Source of the DNA: an uncultured Gammaproteobacteria bacterium
GTDB lineage: Bacteria > Patescibacteriota > Microgenomatia > PFEM01 > DATLAM01
NCBI GenBank assembly: GCA_964566925.1
Contig: CAZMIZ010000002.1
Coordinates: 72,647-136,646, forward strand
Reading direction: 5' to 3'
Length of the DNA stretch: 64,000 nt
Notes under the pieces: model-generated
What the model was told of the DNA's origin: nothing
The model's input: the letters and a program-made list of their open reading frames with translations, nothing else
Databases searched by the model: none
Position numbers and translations under genes: made by a program
Part shown: positions 25,150-35,637 of the stretch, piece by piece
Position numbering within the stretch: the stretch's first letter is position 1
Layout of the letters: the number at the start of each line of letters is the position of its first letter

Positions 25150-26836
25150 AAACGTCGCCGGTGGGGAGGCCGAGTTCTTTTGCTTTTAGGTATCTTCTCA
25201 TAATTTTGCCTGAGCGAGTTTTAGGCAATCGGTCAACAAACTCAATTTCTCTGGGGTAGGCATGACCGGCAAGCTCGCGTTTAACATAGGCCTGGATATC
25301 CTTTTTAAGCCTCTCAGACCCCTTCTGGCCTGGTTTTAGAGCCATAAAGGCTTTGATGATCTCTCCCCTCATCGGATCAGGTTTGCCAATTACCCCGGCC
25401 TCAATAATGGCTGGGTGAGAAACTAAGGCTGATTCGACTTCAAAAGGGCCAACTCTCTCACCAGCCGTTTTAATGACATCGTCAGCTCGACCAACAAACC
25501 AAAAATAGCCATCTTTATCTTGATAAGCTAAGTCGCCGGAAATATACCAATCATTAGTGAAATAACTTTTATATTTTTTTGGCCGTCGCCAAATTTTCTT
25601 CATCATTGATGGCCAACCTGGCTTAATGGCTAAATTGCCAATTTTCCCGGTCGAAAGTTTTTTACCCTGATCACTAACGATGGCCGCTTCCACGCCAGGA
25701 ATGGGCTTACCCATTGAACCAGGTTTGATGTCCATTGAAGGATAATTGGCAATTAAAATCCCGCCTGTTTCTGTTTGCCACCAATTGTCGTGGAACGGAA
25801 GGCCGAAAGCCTTCATCCCCCAAAAGACTGCCTCCGGATTTAGCGGCTCACCTACACTAGCCAGATGACGAAGACTTGACAAATCATGTTTTTTAACGAG
25901 TTTCAATCCTGCTGCCGCTAGCATCCGGATGGCTGTCGGAGCGGTATACCAGACATTCACTTTATAATCTTGAATAAGTTGATACCAAGTTTCTGGTGAA
26001 AAACGACCTTCATAGACAAGAGAAGAGGCGCCATTGCTCCATGAGCCTAAAATTTCGTAAGCAATGCCTGTCACCCAGCCTGGATCAGCCGTGCACCAAT
26101 AAACGTCTTCTTCGCGAAGGTCCAAAACCCATTTGGCGGTCATGTGCTCCAATAAAATGGCTCGATGAGAATGGATGACTCCCTTAGGCTTCCCCGTAGT
26201 GCCCGAGGTATAAAGCATAAAAGCAGGGTCAGTAGGCTTCATTTGAGCGCATTTAAACTTGTCCGAAGCCTTAGCGATTAAATCAGGCAGTTCTTTGTCA
26301 ACTAAAATTATTTTCTTAAGGGCCGGTAAATCTTTTTTGATTTTTGCGACTCGACGATATAAATCTTTGTTCGTCACCAAAACTTTGGCGTCCGAGTTGC
26401 TAAGGCGATCATAAAGAGCTTGATGACCAAAAGCGGCAAATAAAGTTCCGGCAATAGCTCCCACCTTTAGAGTTCCCAAAAAACCGTAGTAGAGTTCGGG
26501 GACGCGAGGGAGAAAGAAGAAGACCCGATCTCCTTTTTCTACCCCCAATTTCTTGAGACCATTGGCAAATTGATTAGAGAGAAGAGAGATTTCCGCAAAA
26601 GTAAATTTCTTTTTTTGATGGTCTGCTCCATGCCAATAAAGGGCAACCTTATTTTTTCGTGGACCGATGGCGTTACGGTCAATGGCATTGTAAGCAGCAT
26701 TAATTCTTTTTCCTTTAAACCAAAACAGTTCATTTTCAGCCTCTTTCCAGGAAAATTTTTTGGATAAGTGGTCGTAATCAGCCAAATTTGGCTTAACTTT
26801 AATGATTTTTTTTGTTTTCTTAATAATTTTTCTCAT
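25130..26836 (-). CDS. acs: Acetyl-CoA synthetase family AMP-forming ligase
   Basis: AMP-binding motif YTSGTTGKPKGV. WYISGDLAYQDKDGYFWFVGRADDVIKTAGERVGPFEVESAL and C-terminal PKTRSGKIMRR. Confidence 0.7.
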   Translation of the reverse strand: MRKIIKKTKKIIKVKPNLADYDHLSKKFSWKEAENELFWFKGKRINAAYNAIDRNAIGPRKNKVALYWHGADHQKKKFTFAEISLLSNQFANGLKKLGVEKGDRVFFFLPRVPELYYGFLGTLKVGAIAGTLFAAFGHQALYDRLSNSDAKVLVTNKDLYRRVAKIKKDLPALKKIILVDKELPDLIAKASDKFKCAQMKPTDPAFMLYTSGTTGKPKGVIHSHRAILLEHMTAKWVLDLREEDVYWCTADPGWVTGIAYEILGSWSNGASSLVYEGRFSPETWYQLIQDYKVNVWYTAPTAIRMLAAAGLKLVKKHDLSSLRHLASVGEPLNPEAVFWGMKAFGLPFHDNWWQTETGGILIANYPSMDIKPGSMGKPIPGVEAAIVSDQGKKLSTGKIGNLAIKPGWPSMMKKIWRRPKKYKSYFTNDWYISGDLAYQDKDGYFWFVGRADDVIKTAGERVGPFEVESALVSHPAIIEAGVIGKPDPMRGEIIKAFMALKPGQKGSERLKKDIQAYVKRELAGHAYPREIEFVDRLPKTRSGKIMRRYLKAKELGLPTGDVSTLEEF

Positions 26837-28472
26837 TGCCAGTGATTTTTTCTAACAAGTTTTTTCCGGACATCAATTCGGGTTTTCGAATTCCCATTAA
26901 AGCCAAGACTGTTGGCGCGACGTCAGCCAAGATACCCTTAGGTAAAACTTGACCCCTACTGCTAAACTTTCGATTAACTACAATGAAAGGAACCGGATTA
27001 GTGGAATGTTCGGTATCCACCTCACCGGTAGCCAGATTGATCATTTCTTCCACGTTACCATGGTCAGCGGTGATTATGGCAGCACCCCCAAGGTTAATCG
27101 TTGTCTCCACTACTTTTTTGAGACATTTATCCACCACCTCACAAGCTTTAACGCCCGCTTCAAGAATACCGGTGTGGCCAACCATATCGGGATTAGCGTA
27201 ATTGATGATGATAAAGTCATACATCCTTGTTTTTATTCTCTTAAGAACCTCCTCGGTTACTCCAAGGGCAGACATTTCTGGTTTTTGATCGTAAGTAGGA
27301 ACATCTGGGGAAGGAATTTCGGTTCTATCTTCGCCAGGAAAAGGCTCTTCTCTCTGACCATTAAAATAATAGGTAACAAATCTTTCTTTCTCTGTTTCGC
27401 TGAGATGGAATTGACGAAGACTTTTCTCGGCCAGAATTCTTCCTAAAGGCATTTTCACCGTTTCTGGGGGAAAGGCAGTTTGGACCGGAAGACCTTTTTC
27501 ATACTCGGTCATGGTAACAAAGTACAAACCGGAAAGAATAACCTCTCTTTTAAAAGTGGTTGTCTCTTTGGGGACTTCATAGAGATGGAGGCCATAACGC
27601 TCGGCATAAGGATCAAAAGCAGCTTTCTTGATTACCAACGTTTCAAAGTTGGGCAAAATAAACGCTTTGGTTAACTGTCTTGGTCGATCAATCCGGAAAT
27701 TGAAAAAAATTACGGCATCATTATCTTGAACGGTCCCGACTGGATTCCCTTGGTCATCAACGAGAATAATCGGCTCTAAAAATTCATCAGTAACCTCTTT
27801 TTGATAAGAGGCTTCTATTGCTTCTAAAGCCGATTTACTTTGGTGCCCCACACCCTGGACGATGGCTTTATAAGCTTTTTCTGTCCTTTCCCAGCGGTGG
27901 TCTCGATCCATGGCAAAATAACGACCGGACAGGCTGGCAATCTGACCAACGCCTACTTTTCGAATTTCTTCTTCAGTTTGGGAAACATAGGTTCGAGCAG
28001 ATCTGGGAGGAGAGTCCCTGCCATCAGTAAAAAGGTGTAAAAAGACTCTTTGGATACCTTCATTTTTGGCAAAAAGAAGTAAGGCAAAAAGATGGTTCAT
28101 ACTAGAATGAACGCCGCCGGCCCCGATTAGTCCTAATAAATGAAGGTTGGAGTTATTTTTTCTAACATGTTCAGCGGCGGTTTTAAAAGCAGGAATTCCA
28201 TAAAAACTGCCGTCGGCGACGGACATATTGATTCGCGGCAGATCTTGATAGACAATTTGCCCAGCGCCTAAATTAAGGTGGCCTGTTTCTGAGTTGCCAT
28301 CTTCTCCTTTCGGGAGTCCGACAGCTTCACCAGAAGCCACCAGCTGGGTATGAGGATAGACTTTCCAGTAGCGATCGATATTGGGTGTTTTCGCCAGGGC
28401 AACTGCATTCCCTGGACCCTCTGGCGCTAAACCCCATCCGTCGAGAATAATAAGAACCACCGGTCGAGACAT
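26820..28472 (-). CDS. gpmI: 2,3-bisphosphoglycerate-independent phosphoglycerate mutase
   Basis: MSRPVVLIILDGWGLAPEGPGNA is the hallmark iPGM N-terminus. Metal-binding DHGN region is ITADHGNVE. Length 550 aa. Confidence 0.8.
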   Translation of the reverse strand: MSRPVVLIILDGWGLAPEGPGNAVALAKTPNIDRYWKVYPHTQLVASGEAVGLPKGEDGNSETGHLNLGAGQIVYQDLPRINMSVADGSFYGIPAFKTAAEHVRKNNSNLHLLGLIGAGGVHSSMNHLFALLLFAKNEGIQRVFLHLFTDGRDSPPRSARTYVSQTEEEIRKVGVGQIASLSGRYFAMDRDHRWERTEKAYKAIVQGVGHQSKSALEAIEASYQKEVTDEFLEPIILVDDQGNPVGTVQDNDAVIFFNFRIDRPRQLTKAFILPNFETLVIKKAAFDPYAERYGLHLYEVPKETTTFKREVILSGLYFVTMTEYEKGLPVQTAFPPETVKMPLGRILAEKSLRQFHLSETEKERFVTYYFNGQREEPFPGEDRTEIPSPDVPTYDQKPEMSALGVTEEVLKRIKTRMYDFIIINYANPDMVGHTGILEAGVKACEVVDKCLKKVVETTINLGGAAIITADHGNVEEMINLATGEVDTEHSTNPVPFIVVNRKFSSRGQVLPKGILADVAPTVLALMGIRKPELMSGKNLLEKITGNEKNY

Positions 28473-28478
28473 AGACGA

Positions 28479-29744
28479 TTAACTTGTTTTAGTTTTTAAT
28501 TCTTCTTCTATTGCCAATAAACGATTATACTTGACCACTCTTTCACCTCGGGCAGGCGCTCCGAATTTAGTAAAATCGGCCCTAACTCCAACCGCAAAAT
28601 CGGCAATAAAATCGTCATTGGTTTCCCCACTCCGATGAGAAACAATTATCTTCCAGCCTGCATTTCGAGCAGCCTTGATGACCTCCAGTGTTTCTGAGAT
28701 AGTTCCAATTTGATTAGGCTTAGCCAGTAAAGCGCTACAGGCTTTATCCTTAACTGCTCGTTCAACCCGTTCCTTATTGGTAACTAAGAGATCGTCGCCC
28801 ACCACCGTGATTTTGGGTAACATGGTGACTAATCTACTCCACCCTCCCCAGTCGTCTTCGAAGAGAGGATCTTCCAGGATTCTGAGCGGATATTGATTAG
28901 CTAAATCACGATAATATTCAATCATTTCGCCAGGCTCTAGCGGTAAAGTTTTATCTCTAATTTTATATTTACCTTCTTTGTAAAAATGGGAGGCAGCTAC
29001 GTCTAGGCCAAGAACAACATCTTTTTCAATCAGATGGCCAGATTCTTTGATGGCCTCAATGATAACCTCCAAAGCGTCGATGTTAGTAAAAAGATTAGGA
29101 GCAAAACCGCCCTCGTCGCCAACTGAATGAATAGCCCCATGACGAATCAAGACTTTTTCTGTTGCCTGATAAATTTCTTCAGCCATTTCGAGAATTTGTT
29201 GGTAAGGTATCTCAGAGGTAGGAATGATGTGAAATTCTTGAAATTCTAAATTGCCAGCACCGTGTTTGCCACCATTGATGAGATTAAAAGTGGGGGTGGG
29301 GATGACCAAGCTTTGGCCTTTTTTCCCAGAATAAAGTTCCTCAACATGGCGGTAGATAGGTAGACCCTTAATTAAGGCTCCGGCTTCACAAATTCCCTGG
29401 GAGACCGACAAAATGGCATTTGCCCCAAGCTTTGATTTATTTTTGGTGCCATCAAGTCCAATAATTAAATCATCAATCTCTTTTTGTTTCGTGGGGTCTT
29501 TGCCCATCAGTTTGGGGGCGATTATTCGGTTAACATTCTCAACTGCCTTAAGAACGCCCATGCCGTTATAGCGATCTTGATCTCCGTCTCTTAATTCAAC
29601 TGCCTCATATTTACCCAAAGATTCTCCGGCCGGAACCGAAGCAATTACTTGGTGGCGAGTTTCCAAAGTGACTTTTGCCTCGACCGTAGGATTACCCCGT
29701 GAATCTAAAATTTCCCTTGCCTTAATTTCTTTTATTTTGGCCAT
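28479..29744 (-). CDS. eno: Enolase
   Basis: IKEIKAREILDSRGNPTVEAKV, SHRSGETNDDFIADFAVG and LLAKPNQIGT are invariant enolase signatures. Confidence 0.9.
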   Translation of the reverse strand: MAKIKEIKAREILDSRGNPTVEAKVTLETRHQVIASVPAGESLGKYEAVELRDGDQDRYNGMGVLKAVENVNRIIAPKLMGKDPTKQKEIDDLIIGLDGTKNKSKLGANAILSVSQGICEAGALIKGLPIYRHVEELYSGKKGQSLVIPTPTFNLINGGKHGAGNLEFQEFHIIPTSEIPYQQILEMAEEIYQATEKVLIRHGAIHSVGDEGGFAPNLFTNIDALEVIIEAIKESGHLIEKDVVLGLDVAASHFYKEGKYKIRDKTLPLEPGEMIEYYRDLANQYPLRILEDPLFEDDWGGWSRLVTMLPKITVVGDDLLVTNKERVERAVKDKACSALLAKPNQIGTISETLEVIKAARNAGWKIIVSHRSGETNDDFIADFAVGVRADFTKFGAPARGERVVKYNRLLAIEEELKTKTS

Positions 29745-29749
29745 GATTC

Positions 29750-32053
29750 CTACTTTCTTTTTTCTGCGATCCGTTTTTCGACTTGAGCCACCAGCTCTCG
29801 GGTAGACTCAATTGCGTCAGGATTGACGGAAATACTGGTAATTCCCCATTCTACCAGTTTTTGAGTTAATTCGGGATAAACTGAAGGAGCTTGGCCGCAG
29901 ATGGAGCTGGTGATTTTTGCCTTTTGACAAGTCTTGATCACCCTTTCTAGAGCCCAGAGAACGGCTGGATGTCGTTCGTCAAAAACATTGGCTAGTTCGG
30001 CATTATCCCGATCAACGCCCAGAACGAGCATTGTTAGATCATTTGAGCCAATTGAAACACCATCGATGCCTACTTTAATAAATTCGGGCAGAAGAAAAAC
30101 ATTAGAAGGAATTTCTACCATTAACCAGAGCTTGAAAGAGGGGCTTCGGATTAACCCCGCTGCGCCGATTAGTCTTTTTACTTTCATTAATTCTTCAGGT
30201 GTTCGCACAAAGGGCAACATCATCCAAAGATTTTTAAAACCTAGTTGATTGCGAACTTTTTTAACTGCTTCTAATTCCATTTCAAAGACTTTGGGATCAG
30301 CCAGATAGCGGAAGGCGCCGCGATAGCCGAGCATGGGATTCTCTTCCTCTGGTTCATAGCTTTTGCCGCCAGTTAGATTTCGATATTCGTTGGTTTTGAA
30401 ATCAGTCGTTCGGTAAACAACTGGTCGGGGGCTGAAATTTTCGCAAAAATTAGCCAAATTTGAAGATAATTTGTCGACGAACATTTTTTGTTTTTTGTCT
30501 TTGATTACTTTCTTGGGATGAATGCCTATATCAGCGATCATAAATTCCGCTCTCAATAGACCCACTCCATCAACTGGTCTTTTGGCGGTTTCTTTGGCTA
30601 AATCAGGTGCGGCCAGATTAACATAAATCTTAGTAGCTGTTTTAATCGTTTTCAGAGCAGTGGTCTTAAGTTTTTTTTGGCTTTCCCCAGAGATTGGGAA
30701 TCTCAAACTAGAAGCTTCCTCCATTCCCCCTTTATAAACTTCTCCTTTAGAGCCATTAACAGTAACCATCGAGCCCTTTTTTAGATCCCGGGTAGCTTTA
30801 CCGGTGCCAACAATACAAGGAATTCCCAGCTCACGACTGACAATGGCGGCATGAGACGTTTGTCCCCCTTTATCAGTGATAATGGCCACTACTTTTTTCA
30901 TTGCCGGGACGAAATCAGGAGTGGTCATTGAAGTCACCAAAACATCACCCTTGTTCACCTTGCCGATTTGCTTAGAAGAAAGGATGATTTTTACTGGCCC
31001 GGCCGCAATGCCCGGACTAGCCGCCTGTCCCTTCAGAATCGGCTCTCTTTTAACCTTCTCAATTCCTTTCTTTTTTTTACCTTTAACTTCTTTGATGGTA
31101 GTCACCGGTCTAGTTTGAAGAATATAGATTTTTTTCTTTTCAATCGCCCATTCAATATCTTGGGGAAAATAATAATGGTGGTGAATTTTCTTGCCTAATT
31201 TGGCCAACTTGCGAATTTCTTTATCTGAGATTTTCTGGAGATCCTGTTTTTTCATCGGCACCGATCGATTCTTGGTAATCTTTCCCACTTTAATTAATTG
31301 AACTTCTTGTTGACCGATTGCCTTTTTAATAATCTTTAAAGAAGATTTGTTTAGAAGGTAGTGGTCTGGAGAGACGGCTCCTTGGACGATTAGTTCACCA
31401 AGACCATAAATGGCCTCAATAACAATCCTGTTCTTTTGATTAGAAAGAGGATCGAGAGTAAACATCACTCCTGAGGTTTCTGATTGAACCATCTTTTGGA
31501 CAATAACGGCAATGCCCACTTTCAAATGGTCAAAACCCTGTTCTTCTCGGTAGAAAATGGCTCTTGGTTCAAAAAGAGAGGCCCAGCATTGCCTGACTGA
31601 ATCAACCACGCTAGCTTCGCCCTGGACATTTAAGAAAGTGGCCTGTTGACCAGCAAATGAAGCGGTCGGCAAGTCTTCGGCGGTGGCTGATGAACGAACC
31701 GAAACTAACGACTGTTTAAAAAGACTCCCCAACTTTAAATAATCCTTAACCACCTCATCGGCAATCTCTTTGGGAATTTTGCCGTTAAGAATGAGTTTTT
31801 TAATTTTTTCCGAGACTTCCTGAAAAGATTGAGGATCAGAAGCATCAACCTGTTTTAAAATTTCACCAATCTTAGGCTTAAGTTTGTTTTCGTCGAGAAA
31901 TTGATAATAGGCTTCAGCGGTGACAATAAAGCCAGGCGGGACAGGAATATCGAAGCTGACCATTTCGCCTAGGTTGGCTCCTTTTCCGCCAACTAAACTA
32001 ATGTCGTCTTTATCAACTTCATCAAACCAAACGATACGGGCAGGCTTTTTCAT
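29750..32053 (-). CDS. ppsA: Phosphoenolpyruvate synthase (PEP-utilising enzyme family, about 767 aa)
   Basis: N-terminal ATP-grasp SLVGGKGANLGEM. Phospho-His domain GGQTSHAAIVSRELGIPCIVG. C-terminal PEP/pyruvate domain GIDGVSIGSNDLTM. The length fits PpsA rather than PPDK. Confidence 0.8.
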   Translation of the reverse strand: MKKPARIVWFDEVDKDDISLVGGKGANLGEMVSFDIPVPPGFIVTAEAYYQFLDENKLKPKIGEILKQVDASDPQSFQEVSEKIKKLILNGKIPKEIADEVVKDYLKLGSLFKQSLVSVRSSATAEDLPTASFAGQQATFLNVQGEASVVDSVRQCWASLFEPRAIFYREEQGFDHLKVGIAVIVQKMVQSETSGVMFTLDPLSNQKNRIVIEAIYGLGELIVQGAVSPDHYLLNKSSLKIIKKAIGQQEVQLIKVGKITKNRSVPMKKQDLQKISDKEIRKLAKLGKKIHHHYYFPQDIEWAIEKKKIYILQTRPVTTIKEVKGKKKKGIEKVKREPILKGQAASPGIAAGPVKIILSSKQIGKVNKGDVLVTSMTTPDFVPAMKKVVAIITDKGGQTSHAAIVSRELGIPCIVGTGKATRDLKKGSMVTVNGSKGEVYKGGMEEASSLRFPISGESQKKLKTTALKTIKTATKIYVNLAAPDLAKETAKRPVDGVGLLRAEFMIADIGIHPKKVIKDKKQKMFVDKLSSNLANFCENFSPRPVVYRTTDFKTNEYRNLTGGKSYEPEEENPMLGYRGAFRYLADPKVFEMELEAVKKVRNQLGFKNLWMMLPFVRTPEELMKVKRLIGAAGLIRSPSFKLWLMVEIPSNVFLLPEFIKVGIDGVSIGSNDLTMLVLGVDRDNAELANVFDERHPAVLWALERVIKTCQKAKITSSICGQAPSVYPELTQKLVEWGITSISVNPDAIESTRELVAQVEKRIAEKRK

Positions 32054-33114
32054 TCAGCTAATTTTTTCTTAAAGTAATCAACCCAAGGCAAGGTAGCCGG
32101 ATTGACCTTATTGAGAATTGCCAAATAATAGCTAAGATAGCCGCCAAGATGAATCAGCTCTAATGCTTGAGAAAGCTTATCTTCTCCCAAAAGGTTATAT
32201 TTATAAACCTTAATGCCGTTTTTCAAGATTACCTCTTCAGTCAACCTAACTCTTTTTTCAATTTTAGGAGAATAAAAATTGGAAATAAGAATCAAAAAGA
32301 CCAGATTTTCTTTGGCAAACCGAAGCCCTTCCATTAAATGGTGATTTAGCTCAGGGATGACAAAGTAGTCAGCAAAATTTTTGGCGCTCTCATGAAGTGA
32401 ATTTCTCATCGCGTGAATGCTTCCCTGTAAAAATCCTCCCGAAACAAAAATTGGAATTTTGCCCTTAAACTCCTTAGCAATCCTTTTAGCCTGGTTGTCG
32501 GTGGTGGGTTTTTTGATCCCCAAAATTTGATTATTTTTTCTCAAAATGGTTAAGAGGCTGTTTAAAGAAACTTTGGTTTTGGCGATCATCCCACAGTTTG
32601 ATAAAAGGCCGATCTCGCCAAGAATCATATAGCCTTGACCCAGGCGAGGTTGCTGGCTAGGATTGTTTTTGGGAAGAAAAAAATAACCAGGATATTGGTT
32701 GTCTTGAAGAAATTTCTTTAACTTGCCTCCAGAAGTTATTCCCAAAACCTTTGCCTTTTTCCTTTTAGCTTTTTGGGCACAACTTAAAACTTCCTCCGTT
32801 CCTCCTGAGTAGCTTGCCAAAAGAACCAAGCTCCTTTCATTAATGTAGCCAGGGAGCCGATAATTACTGGTAATATCTAGAGGAATCTTAAGGTTCTCAG
32901 CGAAAACACTTTTGATGACTCTGGCTCCAAAAGCTGATCCACCCATGCCAACAATCACCATATTTTGACAATTTTTATAATCAGTAGGGATCTTAATTTT
33001 GGTTGATTCATCCCAGGCTTGTTGAGCTTGCCCAGAAAGGGCCTCAATAGAAGTTAGAACATTAGCTTTATCAAGTCTCCTGATCGCTATCTGATCGTCA
33101 AGGATATTCATCAC
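32050..33114 (-). CDS. Bifunctional phosphoglucose/phosphomannose isomerase (archaeal-type SIS-domain PGI/PMI)
   Basis: SIS motif VGMGGSAFGARV. Second SIS region ILLASYSGGTEE. The 354-aa length and pattern match PGI/PMI-family enzymes. Confidence 0.6.
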   Translation of the reverse strand: MMNILDDQIAIRRLDKANVLTSIEALSGQAQQAWDESTKIKIPTDYKNCQNMVIVGMGGSAFGARVIKSVFAENLKIPLDITSNYRLPGYINERSLVLLASYSGGTEEVLSCAQKAKRKKAKVLGITSGGKLKKFLQDNQYPGYFFLPKNNPSQQPRLGQGYMILGEIGLLSNCGMIAKTKVSLNSLLTILRKNNQILGIKKPTTDNQAKRIAKEFKGKIPIFVSGGFLQGSIHAMRNSLHESAKNFADYFVIPELNHHLMEGLRFAKENLVFLILISNFYSPKIEKRVRLTEEVILKNGIKVYKYNLLGEDKLSQALELIHLGGYLSYYLAILNKVNPATLPWVDYFKKKLAE

Positions 33115-33168
33115 ACCTCATTGTACGCAAGACAAAGAAAATTGGCAAGAGCGGAAAGAAATTAGAAG

Positions 33169-34542
33169 CTATTCGCTGGATTTTTTCGCGCCTGAAGAAA
33201 TTAAAAAGTCTACCAAATCCTTTTTTCTTTCAGCTAAGATTTTTTGATTATCAGCCTCGATGTTTAGCCTTAAGAGAGGTTGGGTATTAGAAGGCCTAAC
33301 ATTTATCCAACTGTCCTTAAACCAAACACTAATCCCGTCAAGCCAGTCAATTTTGGTTGCCTTCTTCTTATATGCACTTTCGATTTTTTCCATCATGGCC
33401 GTTTTGTCTTCCACCTCAAAATTTGTTTCTGGAATAATTGGATATTTGTCAAACTCGGAGGCAATTAAAGATAAGGGTTTGTTTTTTTCTGAAAATAACT
33501 CAAGGCATGAAAGCATGGCAATAAAAGCAGAATCGGCATAATAGTTCTCCCGGAAATAGTAGTGGCCTGAATGCTCGCCAGCAAAAAGAGCATTATGTTT
33601 TCTCATCGCCTCTTTAATCAGGGTATGACCCACCCTGACCCTGATTCCCTTACCCCCAAATTTTTTTATCGTTTCTGGGGCAATCCGGCCAACAACCGCA
33701 TTGTAAAGAATAGTCTCCCCGGGATGTTTTTTAAGTAAGGCCTCAGCAATAATAGCGGTGATGATCGTTCCGTTAATAAATTTAGCCTTTTCATCAATAA
33801 AATAGATCCGATCCGCATCACCATCAAAGGCCATTCCCAAATCTGCTTTTTCTGTTAAAACTTTTTTTTCCAAATCAGCCACATTTTCAGGCTTTAAAGG
33901 GTTAGGGATATGATTAGGGAAAGTGCCGTCAAGCTCGAAGTAGAGGGGGATGATTTTTAAAGGTAGAAAAGGGGCAAATTTAGGGATTAGATAACCAGCC
34001 ATAGCATTACCAGCGTCAATAACCACCTTAAACGGCTTGACTTTCTTAACGTTGATGAAGTTGAGGCAATGTTTTACATAATCATCAACAATATTTTTCT
34101 TAACCCTTTTTCCTTTTTTCAAAGAGGTCTTAATTTTTCTATTAGAAGTTGCCAGGTCTCTAATTTTGTAGATCCCACTATCACCGGAAACAGCAATGGC
34201 GTTCTTTTTAACCAATTTGAATCCATTATATTCCGGTGGGTTATGAGAGGCGGAAATCGAGAGAGCAAGATCAAATCCATATTTGCCGGCCGCGAAATAG
34301 GCCATATCGGTGCTAATCAAGCCCAGGTCAACCACATCCGCTCCTTGTTTCATCACTCCCTCTGCAATTCCACCAGCAATATCATCAGCCGAAACTCTCA
34401 TATCGTGTCCAAGAGCAACCGTTTCTGGCTTAAAAAGTTCCACCAGGACCTGACCAATTCTTTCTGCCCCTTCTTTGTCTAATTCATCGGGGACGATGGC
34501 CCTAACGTCGTAGTCTCTGAAGATGTTTGGGGTAATTTTCAT
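33169..34542 (-). CDS. Phosphoglucomutase/phosphomannomutase (alpha-D-phosphohexomutase)
   Basis: Phosphoserine loop ISASHNPPEYNGFK. Metal loop FDGDADR. Sugar-binding GEHSGH. Confidence 0.8.
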   Translation of the reverse strand: MKITPNIFRDYDVRAIVPDELDKEGAERIGQVLVELFKPETVALGHDMRVSADDIAGGIAEGVMKQGADVVDLGLISTDMAYFAAGKYGFDLALSISASHNPPEYNGFKLVKKNAIAVSGDSGIYKIRDLATSNRKIKTSLKKGKRVKKNIVDDYVKHCLNFINVKKVKPFKVVIDAGNAMAGYLIPKFAPFLPLKIIPLYFELDGTFPNHIPNPLKPENVADLEKKVLTEKADLGMAFDGDADRIYFIDEKAKFINGTIITAIIAEALLKKHPGETILYNAVVGRIAPETIKKFGGKGIRVRVGHTLIKEAMRKHNALFAGEHSGHYYFRENYYADSAFIAMLSCLELFSEKNKPLSLIASEFDKYPIIPETNFEVEDKTAMMEKIESAYKKKATKIDWLDGISVWFKDSWINVRPSNTQPLLRLNIEADNQKILAERKKDLVDFLISSGAKKSSE

Positions 34543-34552
34543 AAATTGAATT

Positions 34553-35245
34553 CTAAAGATCAGTAATTAAAAGGTCAAGCTGGGAGGCTAGCGGCATGGG
34601 GGCTTTGCCAGTCTTCTGCTCATAATCGATCCTTAAAAGCCGTTGGTGGATTTTCAGAAGCTGATCTAAGCTGAATTTCTGAGCTTGATTGAGGAACTTG
34701 GCTTGTTGCCAGGGGGCCAGCGGTAAACCCTTCTCGCCTAAATCTCGGGCGATAATTAACAGCCTCATCTGTCTGCAAATCATATAAAAAACTATTTCCG
34801 GCGAGTCGGTCCGGAGACATTGGTGGAGCAACTTAAGCGTCTCTTTTTTGTTTTGAGAGGAAAGTGAATCGAGGAATTTAAAAATTAATGGTGGGATTTT
34901 AAAGAGATTGATCTTTGCTTTTGAAGTCAGTTTTTTTAGACCTAATTTACCAATTTCTTTTGATTCCCAAAGGATAAGGGGTTTGTCCCTGTTTTCCTGT
35001 TTGAGATAATCAAGCATCTCCTCTTTTCTTTTCCCTTTGGTTGAAGATAAAAGGTTTTCAATAATCACTAGACGATTTTTTCCTAAAAGAGAGGTTGATT
35101 CCAGGGCTTGTTTAAGCTCGGTTAACTCTAATTTCCCGCCGTCAAGGGCAATAATTTCATCCGCCCCTTTTTTCTTGAAAGTGGCCACTTCTTGCTCCAG
35201 CGCCTTACGGCTGGCAACGATATTCTCTCCGTGTAAAATAACCAT
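34553..35245 (-). CDS. DNA polymerase III delta subunit-like protein (short, 230 aa)
   Basis: N-terminal VILHGENIVASRKALEQEV resembles the HolA LYGEE start. Predicted helical. Assignment is tentative. Confidence 0.4.
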   Translation of the reverse strand: MVILHGENIVASRKALEQEVATFKKKGADEIIALDGGKLELTELKQALESTSLLGKNRLVIIENLLSSTKGKRKEEMLDYLKQENRDKPLILWESKEIGKLGLKKLTSKAKINLFKIPPLIFKFLDSLSSQNKKETLKLLHQCLRTDSPEIVFYMICRQMRLLIIARDLGEKGLPLAPWQQAKFLNQAQKFSLDQLLKIHQRLLRIDYEQKTGKAPMPLASQLDLLITDL

Positions 35246-35256
35246 AACCTTTTGGA

Positions 35257-35631
35257 TTATTTTTTTAATTGTTTAAAAAGTTTTTCTACTGATCTCTGAT
35301 CAATTCTAATTCTCCCTCTTCCCCGGTGAGGCAGAAGAGCGCCAGAAAAGGTCTTGGGAATATGGAGGAGTTCGTGGATTAAGATTCGGCGTTGATCATC
35401 CATGTTGAGGTGGTCAAACCGCTCTGAAAGGACCTCAAGGCAGTAATGAGGCTTAATTTGAAGAGCCTTTTGCCAAATTTTAGGAAAACCCCAGATTCTT
35501 GCCCGAGCTCGAGATTTCGAACCAAAACTGCGAAAAACAATCACTCGCTTAGGATCAATATGAGGGAGGTTCAAAGAGGCAACAATTTTGGCTACCTCTT
35601 TTTGGAGATGAGGATCGCGTCGCCAGTCCAT
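35257..35631 (-). CDS. HExxH-motif putative zinc metallopeptidase (SprT/DUF45-like)
   Basis: ILIHELLHIPKTFSGALLPH contains HExxH plus a downstream His. 124 aa. Confidence 0.35.
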   Translation of the reverse strand: MDWRRDPHLQKEVAKIVASLNLPHIDPKRVIVFRSFGSKSRARARIWGFPKIWQKALQIKPHYCLEVLSERFDHLNMDDQRRILIHELLHIPKTFSGALLPHRGRGRIRIDQRSVEKLFKQLKK

Positions 35632-35637
35632 TGTCTC

